Below, piece by piece: positions 20,312 through 30,394 of a stretch of DNA of 64,000 nucleotides. The notes under the pieces are model-generated. The model did no database searches. It saw only the letters and a list, made by a program, of their open reading frames with translations, and was not told where the DNA came from. Positions within the stretch are counted from its first letter, which is position 1. The number at the start of each line of letters is the position of its first letter. The translations under genes and the position numbers were made by a program. Origin of the DNA: Candidatus Bathyarchaeia archaeon. Its GTDB lineage: Archaea; Thermoproteota; Bathyarchaeia; Bathyarchaeales; Bathycorpusculaceae. Where the stretch lies: the NCBI GenBank assembly GCA_049514075.1, contig JBEKVK010000001.1, positions 55,297-119,296 of the forward strand, written 5' to 3'.

Positions 20312-20857
20312 TTGGCTTTCGCGGGCAGTTTAAGAAGAGGCTCCTATAACAAAGCGTTGGTTCGAGCGGCAATTGAAGTTGCAGCTGAAAACGTTACGAT
20401 CGAAGTTTTCGATTTAGAAGGCATCCCGCCTTTTAACCAGGACAACGAAAACAACCCGCCGCCCAAAGTCGCGGAGTTTAAAGAGAAAATCAGAAGCGCC
20501 GACGCACTTCTAATCGCCACACCAGAATACAACTACTCGATCCCCGGCGTTTTGAAGAACGCGATTGATTGGGCTTCGAGACCTTACCGAGATAACTCAC
20601 TAGCGAATAAGCCAGTCGCTATAATGAGCGCGTCAACAGGAAGATTTGGAGGCGCCAGAGCACAATACCACCTTCGCCAAACGTTTGTCTTCGTCAACAT
20701 GTATCCTATAAACAAGCCCGAAGTAATGCTTTCCAACGCTGCTGAATGCGTTGACGTGGAAGGAAAGGTCACGGATGAAAAGACAAGAATACTCATCAAA
20801 CAGCTGGTCGAAGCGCTTGAGGCATGGACAAATAGGCTGAACAGCAAGCCGATCTAG
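20312..20857 (+). CDS. NADPH-dependent FMN reductase / chromate reductase family
   Basis: GSLRRGSYN and TPEYNYSIPGVLKNAIDW motifs; exact start uncertain. Confidence 0.9.
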   Translation: MAFAGSLRRGSYNKALVRAAIEVAAENVTIEVFDLEGIPPFNQDNENNPPPKVAEFKEKIRSADALLIATPEYNYSIPGVLKNAIDWASRPYRDNSLANKPVAIMSASTGRFGGARAQYHLRQTFVFVNMYPINKPEVMLSNAAECVDVEGKVTDEKTRILIKQLVEALEAWTNRLNSKPI

Positions 20858-20894
20858 TTTTGTATTTTCTGTGTTGATTTAGCGAAGCCTTAAA

Positions 20895-22223
20895 ATGGTT
20901 AAAGTTCACGTTAGGGATTGGGCGCTAATATTGAGAGTTATAGCTGATTTGCATATTCACGGTCGATTCAGCAGGGCAACAAGCGAGCAGATGAGCATCC
21001 CGGAAATCGCACGCTACTCAAGAATCAAAGGCTTAAACTTAGTGGGCACAGGTGACTTCACCCACCCGCTGTGGCTAAAAGAGATTAGCGAAACCTTAAC
21101 ACCCGAACAGAACACTGGCCTATTCAAGCTAGCAGGCAAAGTTGATTCGCCTGTTCGATTCATGCTTACAACCGAAGTCTGCACAATATTCGACTTCAAA
21201 AACGAAAACAAAAAAGTCCACCACGTCATCTTGACCCCGAGCATGGAGACAGCCACTCAAATCAACGACCGGCTAGAACGGTTCGGCGATTTGGCATCAG
21301 ACGGCAGACCGATCCTGAATGTTTCATCGCCTCAGCTTGTGGAGGAGATAATGGCTGTTTCAGCTGAAAACATGGTTTTTCCCGCACATGCTTGGACCCC
21401 GTGGTTCAGCGTTTTCGGTGCGTTCAGCGGCTTTGACACGATGGAAGACTGTTACCAAGACATGACACGCCATATACATGCCTTGGAAACTGGATTAAGC
21501 AGCGACCCCCCGATGAATTGGCGACTAAGCGAGTTAGACAAGTACGCCTTGGTTTCGAACAGTGACTGCCACAGTTTTTGGCCTTGGCGCATTGGAAGAG
21601 AAGCCAACGTCTTCGAACTTCAAAACTTCACCTACCAACAGGTCACAGACTCTATAATAAAAAATGACCCAGCAAGGTTCAAGTACACCATTGAAGTTGA
21701 CCCCGCCTACGGCAAATACCATTGGACAGGACACCGCAACTGCAAAATTTCCCTCTCACCGTCTGAAGCAATAAAGTTCGGCAACATCTGCCCAGTATGC
21801 CGACGAAAACTGACAAAAGGCGTGGAGCAACGAGTTGAAGAACTCGCAGACAGACCCGCAGACTTCAAACGTGCAAATGCCCCAGGCTTCATACGATTGC
21901 TACCACTTTCAGAAATAATCGCGGCAGTAATAGGCTCTGAATCCCCATCAACACAGGCGGTTTGGAAAAACTATAACTTGCTAATAGAAAAATTTGGCGA
22001 CGAATACACAACGCTGATTGATGCCCCGCTAGAAGCTTTAGTTAAAGTGGTTGATGCCCCTATTGCCCAGGAAATCGTTAAAGTGAGAAATGGTGAAGCA
22101 AAAGTTACACCAGGGTATGACGGAGTCTACGGACAACTGGTCCTAGATGTTGACACACCTAAAAAAAGATCTAAACCGCCAGTTGCAACAGTAAAGCAGT
22201 TAAACATGAACGATTTTTGGTAA
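20895..22223 (+). CDS. endonuclease Q family (PHP domain) DNA repair nuclease
   Basis: DLHIHGRFSRATS, GTGDFTHP, AHAWTPW, SNSDCHS, GKYH..GHRNC...CPVC and PGYDGVYG motifs. Confidence 0.9.
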   Translation: MVKVHVRDWALILRVIADLHIHGRFSRATSEQMSIPEIARYSRIKGLNLVGTGDFTHPLWLKEISETLTPEQNTGLFKLAGKVDSPVRFMLTTEVCTIFDFKNENKKVHHVILTPSMETATQINDRLERFGDLASDGRPILNVSSPQLVEEIMAVSAENMVFPAHAWTPWFSVFGAFSGFDTMEDCYQDMTRHIHALETGLSSDPPMNWRLSELDKYALVSNSDCHSFWPWRIGREANVFELQNFTYQQVTDSIIKNDPARFKYTIEVDPAYGKYHWTGHRNCKISLSPSEAIKFGNICPVCRRKLTKGVEQRVEELADRPADFKRANAPGFIRLLPLSEIIAAVIGSESPSTQAVWKNYNLLIEKFGDEYTTLIDAPLEALVKVVDAPIAQEIVKVRNGEAKVTPGYDGVYGQLVLDVDTPKKRSKPPVATVKQLNMNDFW

Positions 22224-22304
22224 AACATAAGCCATCCTTCGCTGAGGAAAGCATGCAACAAAACGGTTTAATTCCTACAAAATTGATTTAATAAATATTC
22301 AACT

Positions 22305-23708
22305 TTGCAAAGGCAGATAACTTTGAAAGACCTTCTCACCAAAATTAATCACATCGCCACCCAAAAGTTCGGAGCACAATACGCCGAAGCCCGAGCACAA
22401 AAAATGGTTAAAACAATGCTAACTCTCAAGGAAGAGCGGGTTGAAGCCGCAAAGCAGGGTATCGAAAGCGGCGTTGCCTTGCGCGTGCTAGTCAATGGTA
22501 CATGGGGGTTTGCTTCCGTCGGCTCTCTGGACCATGCAATTTTGGAGGATGCAGTTTCGGATGCTTGCAAAATGGCGAAAATGGCGAGTTCACACCTGAA
22601 ACAGCCGATCAAGCTTTCCGACACCAAAGTTGTTACTGACCGCGTGAGATCTAAACCGAAAAAGAACCCAGCGGATATTTCGATGGAGGACAAAATCAAA
22701 ACAGCCATGACCGTGAACAAGACAGGTTTGGGCTACGATAAACGGATAAAGAGTTTCACAATTGATTATCTTGATTTGATGGGCACCAGCTATTTTGCGA
22801 ACAGTGACGGCTCGAGCATCGAGCAGGACAAATTATATGTTTGGGCAAGAATCGCAGGTTCAGCCCACAATGAGGGAATATTCACGTTTAGCCGGGAAGA
22901 AATAGGTTCCACGGCGGGCTACGAAGTCTTCGATGAGGTGTCTCCCGAAAACTTGGGCGAAAAAGTAGCCAAACGCGCGATTGAACAGTTAGGCGCCAAA
23001 TCTTTGAAGGGAGGAACGTTTCCTGTTGTACTAGGTCCCAATGTTGTCGGAGTTTTTGTCCATGAGGCGTTTGGGCATTTGGCTGAAGCGGATCTGGCTC
23101 TTTCAGGCGGCGTCTTAGCAGACAACTTGGGAAAGAAAATCGGCTCTGACTTGGTCACTTTTTATGATGACGGTACCATCGTAGGCTCTTTTGGCGCATT
23201 CAAATACGATGACGAAGGCGTTCAAACCCAGAAAACACTGCTCATAAAAGACGGTGTCGTCGCAGGCTTGATGCATAACCGCGAAACCGCTCAAAAATTC
23301 AACGCTCAACCCACGGGCAACGCGAGAGCCGAAGATTTCCGAGTGGAACCAATAATCCGGATGCGTTGCACATACATGGAGCCAAGGGATCACTCCTTTG
23401 AAGAATTGGTAGAAAACGTGAAGCAAGGCTTCTACTTTAAGAGTTTTAGGGGTGGACAAGCAAATCTTGACGGAACATTCCAAGTCGGCATCCAAGAAGG
23501 CTACGAAATAGTAAACGGCGAAATAGGCGCGCCGGTACGCGACGCCTCAATAAGCGGCAACACACTTGAAACCCTTAATAAAGTTAACGGGGTCGGCAAA
23601 GATTTTCTCTTGGATCCTGGCAGATGCGGCAAAGGTCAGACAGCGTTCATAAGTGATGGAGGACCACACATCAGCATAAAGGAGATCATGGTCGGTGGCA
23701 GTGCTTAA
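22305..23708 (+). CDS. tldD: TldD family metalloprotease
   Basis: HEAFGH active site, DDEG, TGNARA and C-terminal CGK motifs. Confidence 0.9.
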   Translation: MQRQITLKDLLTKINHIATQKFGAQYAEARAQKMVKTMLTLKEERVEAAKQGIESGVALRVLVNGTWGFASVGSLDHAILEDAVSDACKMAKMASSHLKQPIKLSDTKVVTDRVRSKPKKNPADISMEDKIKTAMTVNKTGLGYDKRIKSFTIDYLDLMGTSYFANSDGSSIEQDKLYVWARIAGSAHNEGIFTFSREEIGSTAGYEVFDEVSPENLGEKVAKRAIEQLGAKSLKGGTFPVVLGPNVVGVFVHEAFGHLAEADLALSGGVLADNLGKKIGSDLVTFYDDGTIVGSFGAFKYDDEGVQTQKTLLIKDGVVAGLMHNRETAQKFNAQPTGNARAEDFRVEPIIRMRCTYMEPRDHSFEELVENVKQGFYFKSFRGGQANLDGTFQVGIQEGYEIVNGEIGAPVRDASISGNTLETLNKVNGVGKDFLLDPGRCGKGQTAFISDGGPHISIKEIMVGGSA

Positions 23709-25059
23709 AAAAGAAGTAATGGTAGATTTAGCAGAAAACACAGTGAGTAAAGCCCTAAAGAATGGAGCTTCTGAAGCGGAGGCTTACGTTTACGAAGGAC
23801 AAGCAACAAACATCGGCATCGAACTTGGCCAAATTAGCAAGACTAACAGGATCATTGACCGAGGATTAGGCATCCGCGTGGTCGCTGAAAAAGCGATGGG
23901 TTTTGCTTACACAAACGTCATCAACGACCCAACCGCTATCGGAGACGTAATCTCAAGGGCCTTAAGCGCAGCAAGAGCAAGCAAACCTGACCCTGACTGG
24001 AAAGGACTGCCAGGAAATGAAACTTACGCTTCACCGGAAAAAACCTTTGATGAACGAGTTGCTGAATTAGAGTCAGGGGAGCTCGTCAAAGTCGCTGCAG
24101 CCATGCTTGAGGCTGCTGGGCAAGTTGACAAAAGAGTGTTCCCCATCGAGGGGGGGATAGGCAGCGCTTACATTTCTAACGCTGTCGCCAACTCAAGCGG
24201 AATCTCGGGTTTTGACAAGGGCACAGTTATAGAATGCAGCATAGCCACCGTGGCAAAAGAAGGCATCTCTGTCACGCCCGTTTGCTTCGAATTCAATGCA
24301 TCAAGAAGTTATGAGGTTGATCCAGTTTGGGTCGGCAAAGAAGCGGCGAAACTGGCACTTTCTGCGTTAAAAACTAAGTCAGTGGAAACTAAAAGCACTA
24401 CTCTAATTCTCACTCAGTTTGCGCTGCAGGACCTTCTCGCCTACACGTTGATTAATGCAGTGAGAGCGGATAGCGTGCAGCGAAATCAGTCTGCGTTTAA
24501 GGGGAAAATCGGTGAAAAAGTAGCTTCTGATAAATTAACAGTTTGCGATGACGGATTGTTCGCAGGTGGCCTACGAACGTGGGCTTTTGACGGTGAAGGC
24601 GTGCCACATAAGAAAACAGCAGTCATCGAGAAGGGCATTTTGCGCAGTTTCCTCTATGACAGTTATTCAGCGAAAAAGGAAGGAAAAGAAAGCACCGGAA
24701 ACGCGGGACGCGCAGGATACCTGTCAACACCAAGCATCGACACAACAAACTTCCATATACTGAGAGGAGACAAGAAAGCAGACGAAATGCTAAGTGAGAC
24801 CGATGACGGCTTAATGGTGTATTATCTGCAAGGTGCACACAGCAGTAACCCGGTAAGCGGCGAATTCTCGGTGGTGGCAACGCCTGCGTGGAAGATCAAG
24901 AAAGGCGAAATAACCCATTGCAGCAGAGGTGTCATGCTAGCAGGCAACATCTTTGAAGTACTTAAAAACATCAGCTTAGTTGGCAGCAACGAGCGTCAGA
25001 TGGGGCAACTAATTTCCCCTTGGATTCAAGTTGAAAATGTAAGGGTCATAGGCAAATAG
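23695..25059 (+). CDS. TldE/PmbA family protein
   Basis: FDGEG and STGNAGR motifs, no HExxH; paired with tldD. Confidence 0.88.
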   Translation: MAVLKKEVMVDLAENTVSKALKNGASEAEAYVYEGQATNIGIELGQISKTNRIIDRGLGIRVVAEKAMGFAYTNVINDPTAIGDVISRALSAARASKPDPDWKGLPGNETYASPEKTFDERVAELESGELVKVAAAMLEAAGQVDKRVFPIEGGIGSAYISNAVANSSGISGFDKGTVIECSIATVAKEGISVTPVCFEFNASRSYEVDPVWVGKEAAKLALSALKTKSVETKSTTLILTQFALQDLLAYTLINAVRADSVQRNQSAFKGKIGEKVASDKLTVCDDGLFAGGLRTWAFDGEGVPHKKTAVIEKGILRSFLYDSYSAKKEGKESTGNAGRAGYLSTPSIDTTNFHILRGDKKADEMLSETDDGLMVYYLQGAHSSNPVSGEFSVVATPAWKIKKGEITHCSRGVMLAGNIFEVLKNISLVGSNERQMGQLISPWIQVENVRVIGK

Positions 25060-25067
25060 CGCTTGGG

Positions 25068-25101
25068 GTTTTACGCCCAAAAGCTGTTTGAATACTCGCC
25101 T
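25068..25101. repeat. attL: displaced original 3' end of the GT4 gene (18-bp identical core at 25084-25101)
   Basis: 31/34 identical to 35093-35126; core CTGTTTGAATACTCGCCT; minus strand reads GEYSNSFWA*. Confidence 0.92.
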
Positions 25102-25135
25102 TTAGGGCTACGTTCTTTGATTCAGTTGTTTTCAT
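25084..25135 (-). other. intN: 5' fragment of the integrase gene (MKTTESKNVALKASIQT)
   Basis: ATG 25135 preceded by GTGAGGA; runs through the att core in the frame that continues into intC after excision. Confidence 0.78.
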
Positions 25136-26000
25136 TTAGACCATTTCCTCACATTTCACTGTATCTCTAAATGCTTTAGGTGTATTTATCTCTTCGTTCT
25201 ACGAATATAGACGGGGGTAAAATGGGTGAAAAAGGTCGTTATGTTCAAAATTTCAAAAAAGGGTGATAAGGGCTTTAGAATTGAGAGTGTGCCAATTCGT
25301 AAGTTGCGTTTGTTGGCTGCTGATAACCATCGGTTTTGGAGATTGGATGGTGATTTCTTGGTTTTGGAGTCATATTGTTTTTTATTTTTTTTGTTTTTCT
25401 GCATGATTTTTTTCTCCGTTATTGTGTTTTACTTTGTTTTTTCATGTTGTTTTCTATTTCTTGTTTTAGTTATGTAGCAACATTTTTGGTATTGGATTTA
25501 TTTTTGATTTTGCGGGGGTTATTCGCCTATTCTGGGTTATGGCGTGGGGTGCTCATGTCGTTCGCTATTTTAGTGGTGACTGTGTTACACTTTCTATCTG
25601 TGGAAATCGGCGTTTGCGTCGTGTTCCTGATTGCCTGATTAAGGGTTCCCCATCTTGTTTTCTGTGTTTATTTTGTTTTTGTTTTGTTATGTATATTTGC
25701 TTTAGCTGTTGTCGTCTGTCGTAGTTGTGCCATTTGCGTTTGTGTTTTGCACTTTTTTGACGTACGAGTGTTTGTGCCATTCACGCCAAAGCCCCCCTCT
25801 GAGCGTCTCCCCGCGGGAGATGAGGCATCAGCCGAGAGAGGGGTTAGAATTTGAGCTACAGTTTTTGCTGTTTCTGTTGTTTGCTTTGGTTTTGACTGTT
25901 GTCTGGTTGACGGCTATTGCGTTACCGAATTTTCTGAGCTGCGGCTGTGCGTATCGTCGTGTATGGATTCTCTAAAAAATAGGTTGTTTTTTGTTATGTT

Positions 26001-26978
26001 TTATTTTTTTGTTTCTGGGTTTTTTTGAAGTATGTTTTTGATGTTGTCTATTGATTCTTTGAGGGCTTCGTAATTTGCTTCAAGTATTTTGATGTCACTT
26101 TTGAGATTTTGTATTTCTTCATCTTGCATTCGTTCATATTCTTGTTTAGCTTCTGATGGGTTTTCTCTTAATCGTTGTTTATGTTCTCTGATTTTTTTAA
26201 CGATTAATTTGATTTCTTCGTCTGTGAGAGGTTTTTCGTGTCCATTGTTGCCTTCTACAAAAATTGGAATCATATTTTCTATTTTTTCTATGCGGTCTTT
26301 TAGTTCCGTTGTGGTGGGCGTTTCGATTTCTAAGAAGGGCAATGCTTTTTTTTCGTATAGTCTCCTATAGAATTCATCCTCTTTATCTGGATTATTTTTG
26401 ACTTCTAATAGGTAGTTTTCAGCGTTTTTTTCGTAGAATTTTGTGAGGCTGGATAGCCGTAATTCGCTTGGTTTTCCCTTTCCCCTTTCTTCATATGTGA
26501 TTATTTTTTCTTTTTTGAGTTTTTGTAGCGATAGTTTGAATGTTCTGCTTACGTCTTTTATGTTGATTTCTTTGTTTGGGTTGTTATATGTGGTGAATAT
26601 CGGGTTTGCAAGTGTCGGGTTTTCTCTTTCAGTTTTTAAGTATTGTTTAATGTATCTGGTGGCTTCTTGTCCTATGAATGTGGGTGGTCTGAATTTTCCT
26701 TTTTGAGTTTCTTGTGGTAGTTCTATTTTGCATGGTATCGTTGTGTTTGGTTCTAAGATTTTTTCTAAGTCTTTTATTTTGAGCTGTTTTATGATGTTTG
26801 GTGTTAGTCCTGATTGTCTCATGATTGTGAAGAAGGTTTGTTCTCTGATTTTGCAGATTTCGGTTATTTTGCAGATTTCGTCTTTTGTTATGTTTCTGTT
26901 TTTCATATTTTGTTTCCTGTAACTTTGGGTGTCATTATTTATTGTAAAGGTATCATCAATTATTGATTGTAGTAGCAT
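26001..26978 (-). CDS. degenerate tyrosine-recombinase-like protein with a coiled-coil tail
   Basis: box I-like MRQSGLT, KGK..PTFIGQEA and ELRLSSLTKFY; catalytic R, xxR and GH..Y are absent; start may be ATG 26906. Confidence 0.7.
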   Translation of the reverse strand: MLLQSIIDDTFTINNDTQSYRKQNMKNRNITKDEICKITEICKIREQTFFTIMRQSGLTPNIIKQLKIKDLEKILEPNTTIPCKIELPQETQKGKFRPPTFIGQEATRYIKQYLKTERENPTLANPIFTTYNNPNKEINIKDVSRTFKLSLQKLKKEKIITYEERGKGKPSELRLSSLTKFYEKNAENYLLEVKNNPDKEDEFYRRLYEKKALPFLEIETPTTTELKDRIEKIENMIPIFVEGNNGHEKPLTDEEIKLIVKKIREHKQRLRENPSEAKQEYERMQDEEIQNLKSDIKILEANYEALKESIDNIKNILQKNPETKK

Positions 26979-27338
26979 ACTTTATATATTTTGATGCTTC
27001 TTGGTTTTTTCATGTGTAGCTCGGCGAAATTTCATGTAAGTAAAAGATTTGGTTGTCGAGTTAAGACTACGTATGGTGTTATTCCGTTTTTGAATTGTTT
27101 GCTCGTAAACTCTCGTGAGATGTACTCGGTTCGGGTTGTTGGTGTATCTGGGCTGGTTAGGTCTTGCGAGGGTGAGATATGGTAAATCAAATAAGTATCA
27201 TTTCGGTTTTGGATTCTGATTTGGTTTGGGTTTTTTGCCAGATTTTCCTTTGTGTAATTATGTTGATTTTGTTTGTTCCTGTGTGTTTGTTTCGAGTGCT
27301 ATTCGTTTTTTCGCCGAGCGGACACATAGGAGCTATGT

Positions 27339-28682
27339 TTGATGGCGCAAATATCTAAGGCTGTTCCTACGGCTATGAATTTTCATCTGTGGCGTTTACA
27401 GAATGGTGGTTGTCAAGTTTCAACTGCGGTGGCTGTTAAGCAAGTTATGAAGTATCTTATCGGCATTGACAAGGATTTTGCTCAGTATGTTGCTGAAATG
27501 GGTGCGTATTTTCTTAGTATTGATGAGACTTATGAGGAATTTTTAGCGATGAAGGGTAGTAAGGTTCTTGTTGAGAAAGTTGTTGTGCCTGCTAAGAATG
27601 ATGTTTTGCTTGTTGATGTTGAGGGTCAGTTTGATGCTGTTTATCGGGTTCATAAGGATGATGTGAATGAAGAGGTTGAATCGAAGGATTTTAAGAAGGT
27701 TAATGCGACTTGGGGTCGGCATGGTGAGATGTCGCTTGTTGAGTTGGAGGAGGCTACTAATCGTAAATGTGGGATGCATATGGGTTTAGAGGGTTGTCTT
27801 AATGCTAAGGGTCATGCGAACAGTTTAATTGCTGGTCAAAGCGGTAAGGTGTATGTTCGGATTTTGACTAATCACTGTGACCGTCCGACTTGTAAAGTGT
27901 GTTACCAATATGGTTGGGCTTCGCGTGAGGCTCGTAAGGCTGAGAAGCGGTTAAAGTTTGCTTCGATTCGGTTTGGTAAGATTGAACACATTATTTTGAG
28001 TCCCTCTTCTGCGTTGTATGGTTTGAGTTATGAGGAGTTGCATAAGCGGGCTTTGAAGGCGGCGGAGAGACGGGGAATTATAGGAGGAGCTATGATATGG
28101 CACGCTTTTCGGTACCATGGTTTTCGTGAGTGGCAACGATTGAATACTTCTGATGAGTCATTACACTGGTTTTTTTCGCCGCATTTTCACCTGTTAAGTT
28201 TTCTAAAGGAGTCTTATGACCGATGTCGGCATTGTCCTGATTACATTATGTTTGGTAAGAGTGACTGTGGTTGTAAGAGGGCTGAATATTGTTGTGGTTT
28301 TGAGCAAACCACAAGGCGTTGTTGGTCTGGTACTGATGGTGTTAATGGCGATAATTTTATCTGTAAAATTGAGGGGGAGCGTAAGACTATCGTTGGAAGT
28401 TTATTTTATCAACTTGGGCATAGCAGTGTGCGTACGGGTAAAAAGCGGTTTTATCCTTTAACATATTTTGGCGTAGCGAGTTACCATAAACTTCACTATA
28501 AGCCTGAGAAGGATAAGCGGTGCTGTCCCATATGCGGTTTAGAACTCATTAAGATTCGGTATCTTGGTGATATGAGTATTTGTAAGGATGAGGGTAGCCC
28601 GAATTTTCATCGTCATTTGTTTATGGATATGGATGAAGGTATGGGAGATGTTTTCGTAAAGCGTGGGGATAATGATGGATAA
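27339..28682 (+). CDS. HUH-superfamily rolling-circle replication initiator (IS91-like architecture)
   Basis: Zn motif HCDRPTCKVC, motif 1 HIILSP, motif 2 WH...SPHFH, motif 3 YQLGH, YFG and terminal CPICG. Confidence 0.8.
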   Translation: MMAQISKAVPTAMNFHLWRLQNGGCQVSTAVAVKQVMKYLIGIDKDFAQYVAEMGAYFLSIDETYEEFLAMKGSKVLVEKVVVPAKNDVLLVDVEGQFDAVYRVHKDDVNEEVESKDFKKVNATWGRHGEMSLVELEEATNRKCGMHMGLEGCLNAKGHANSLIAGQSGKVYVRILTNHCDRPTCKVCYQYGWASREARKAEKRLKFASIRFGKIEHIILSPSSALYGLSYEELHKRALKAAERRGIIGGAMIWHAFRYHGFREWQRLNTSDESLHWFFSPHFHLLSFLKESYDRCRHCPDYIMFGKSDCGCKRAEYCCGFEQTTRRCWSGTDGVNGDNFICKIEGERKTIVGSLFYQLGHSSVRTGKKRFYPLTYFGVASYHKLHYKPEKDKRCCPICGLELIKIRYLGDMSICKDEGSPNFHRHLFMDMDEGMGDVFVKRGDNDG

Positions 28683-28706
28683 TTTCCCCCTTTTTTTGGT
28701 GGTTTT

Positions 28707-29009
28707 ATGAATAAGCCTTGCGAGGTAGTTGTCTCTAAGGTTAAAGTTGTTCCTGTTCATTTTGATAAGAAGACTGGTAAGTTTGTTGCGAAGCATAAAG
28801 TTGTTGAGAGGCGTGTTTTTCAAGCTTTTTGGCTGTGGGATGACATAATTTTTTATGCTTCAGAAGGTTTAGGAAAATATGGTTATCGTTTTTTCCTTTG
28901 GTTTAAGGATGGCTCAAAGTACCCTTTGTTGTATGTTGTTCAAAATTTAAGCGCGTTTGAGCAAGAATGGCGTTACGATATGAATGATAATGTGGAGGTA
29001 AAATTTTAG
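28707..29009 (+). CDS. hypothetical protein (element)
   Basis: GGTGG RBS, 100 aa, co-oriented with rep. Confidence 0.6.
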   Translation: MNKPCEVVVSKVKVVPVHFDKKTGKFVAKHKVVERRVFQAFWLWDDIIFYASEGLGKYGYRFFLWFKDGSKYPLLYVVQNLSAFEQEWRYDMNDNVEVKF

Positions 29010-29212
29010 TGCACTCCAAATATGATGCTAAACCTGCGCGTTTTAACTATTTATCCAGACTTGGGAGGCAGTTAGATGTCAAATTGTGTCCTTGTTGTGG
29101 TTCAATTTTAGAGTATTATCTTGAGCTGGAATTGCATATTGTCCATGTTGACCTTTTTGTTTGCATTAATGAACCATGTAAGGCTTGTGTTGATGGTGTT
29201 CTTTATTGTTAA
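29009..29212 (+). CDS. small zinc-finger protein (element)
   Basis: CPCC...CxxxxCxxC; start overlaps the upstream stop; GGAGG RBS. Confidence 0.55.
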   Translation: MHSKYDAKPARFNYLSRLGRQLDVKLCPCCGSILEYYLELELHIVHVDLFVCINEPCKACVDGVLYC

Positions 29213-29284
29213 AATCTGATTCTGATTTCTTGGTTTTCCGATTTTTTCCCTTTTTTTCTGTTTTTGTAATTATTTGATTGATTA

Positions 29285-29521
29285 TTGAGACTGGGTTCTA
29301 TGATTGACATTTTATCCTCAATTTTAGTAATCGTGTTTATTGTTGCTTTAGTGTTGTTTTGGTTGACTTTTTTCGATTGGTATGTTGCTGTCGAAGATTT
29401 CTCAGATAATGATTCAATAGCATCTGGGTTAGCGGGTTTTGCTTTTAAGCTCTTTTCTGATTCAGTAGATTTTCTTAGTCGCTTCCTTTATCGCTGTTTG
29501 GAGGTGGTTGACTTTGCGTAA
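29285..29521 (+). CDS. small membrane protein (element)
   Basis: long hydrophobic N-terminal helix. Confidence 0.5.
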   Translation: MRLGSMIDILSSILVIVFIVALVLFWLTFFDWYVAVEDFSDNDSIASGLAGFAFKLFSDSVDFLSRFLYRCLEVVDFA

Positions 29522-29785
29522 ACCTCGACTAGCTAATTCTGAGCTATCGGCTAATTTCGCTGATTATTTTCAGTTGTCGTTTTCTATTGATTCATGGCGT
29601 AATTTGGGTTTAAAAGGCATTTTGATTTATTTCGCCTTTTAGACTGTTCTTCATGTCGAGATTTTGTGTCCTGTTTTAGAATCGAATTCGCTAATAACGG
29701 TGCGTATTTTGAGTGGGATTTACCGAAGAGTAAGCGTTGATTCCAGCGTTTTTCTGCACACCCTGTGCAGATTTAAGTTTCAGCG

Positions 29786-30312
29786 TTATCCTGTGCATTC
29801 ATTTTTCTCATGAAAATGCCATTCAGAATATTCTTTCTTCCACGATTTTTCTTTTAATTCTGCACGTTCAAAGCGTCTCAATATTTCCTCTCTTTTTTGT
29901 ATTACAGAAGGTTTTGCAGAATTTGCATGGCTGTCATCTCCTAATGTATCGAGCCATTCAACCATCAATTTGGATAATTCTTTTTTTTGTTTTAGATAAG
30001 GAATTAACTTTGGAAGAATAACTCGCAACTCTTTGGTTCTAAAACTTATAGAGAATGATAGGGGTACTTTCCTGACCGACCATGACTGTTAATTATCCCA
30101 AATTGACACGTCTGCCTAATCCATTCTATTGTTCGAAAATGCATATTTGATATAGTGAACTGTCTGGCAATTGTATAGCCTCTTTTCTTATCAATTTTGC
30201 GAAAGCGTTTTTTTAGTTGTACGCATCCTTCACCATCAATTAGTCCTGCTAAGTAAGCCCAGAAAGTTTCAGGTATATCATCAATCAAGTTGCTGTTTTT
30301 TGTTATTTCCAT
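29786..30312 (-). pseudogene. frameshifted single-motif LAGLIDADG homing endonuclease
   Basis: WAYLAGLIDGEG in 30046-30312; LRVILPKLIPYL..KK continues in another frame after about 30050. Confidence 0.78.
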
Positions 30313-30319
30313 ATGAAAG

Positions 30320-30363
30320 CTATGTCTATGCTACGCTGATTTAAGACTTATCTTTGTGAAAAC
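30320..30363. repeat. repeat A copy (promoter-like on the minus strand)
   Basis: 38/44 identical to 30831-30874; shared core GATTTAAGACTTATCTT. Confidence 0.85.
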
Positions 30364-30394
30364 CTTAGCTATTTGAAGAGTATTCTGTTGACAT

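Noticed and set aside
97-24880. Numerous antisense or overlapping ORFs within housekeeping genes
   Set aside because: Fully nested in well-supported genes and lacking motifs.
25186-25975. Several overlapping 60-90 aa ORFs on both strands
   Set aside because: Low-complexity products of the T/G skew with no recognisable motifs; at most one could be real.
29750-30330. Group I or archaeal intron housing the LAGLIDADG gene
   Set aside because: No interrupted host gene, pairing flanks or bulge-helix-bulge motif could be identified by eye.
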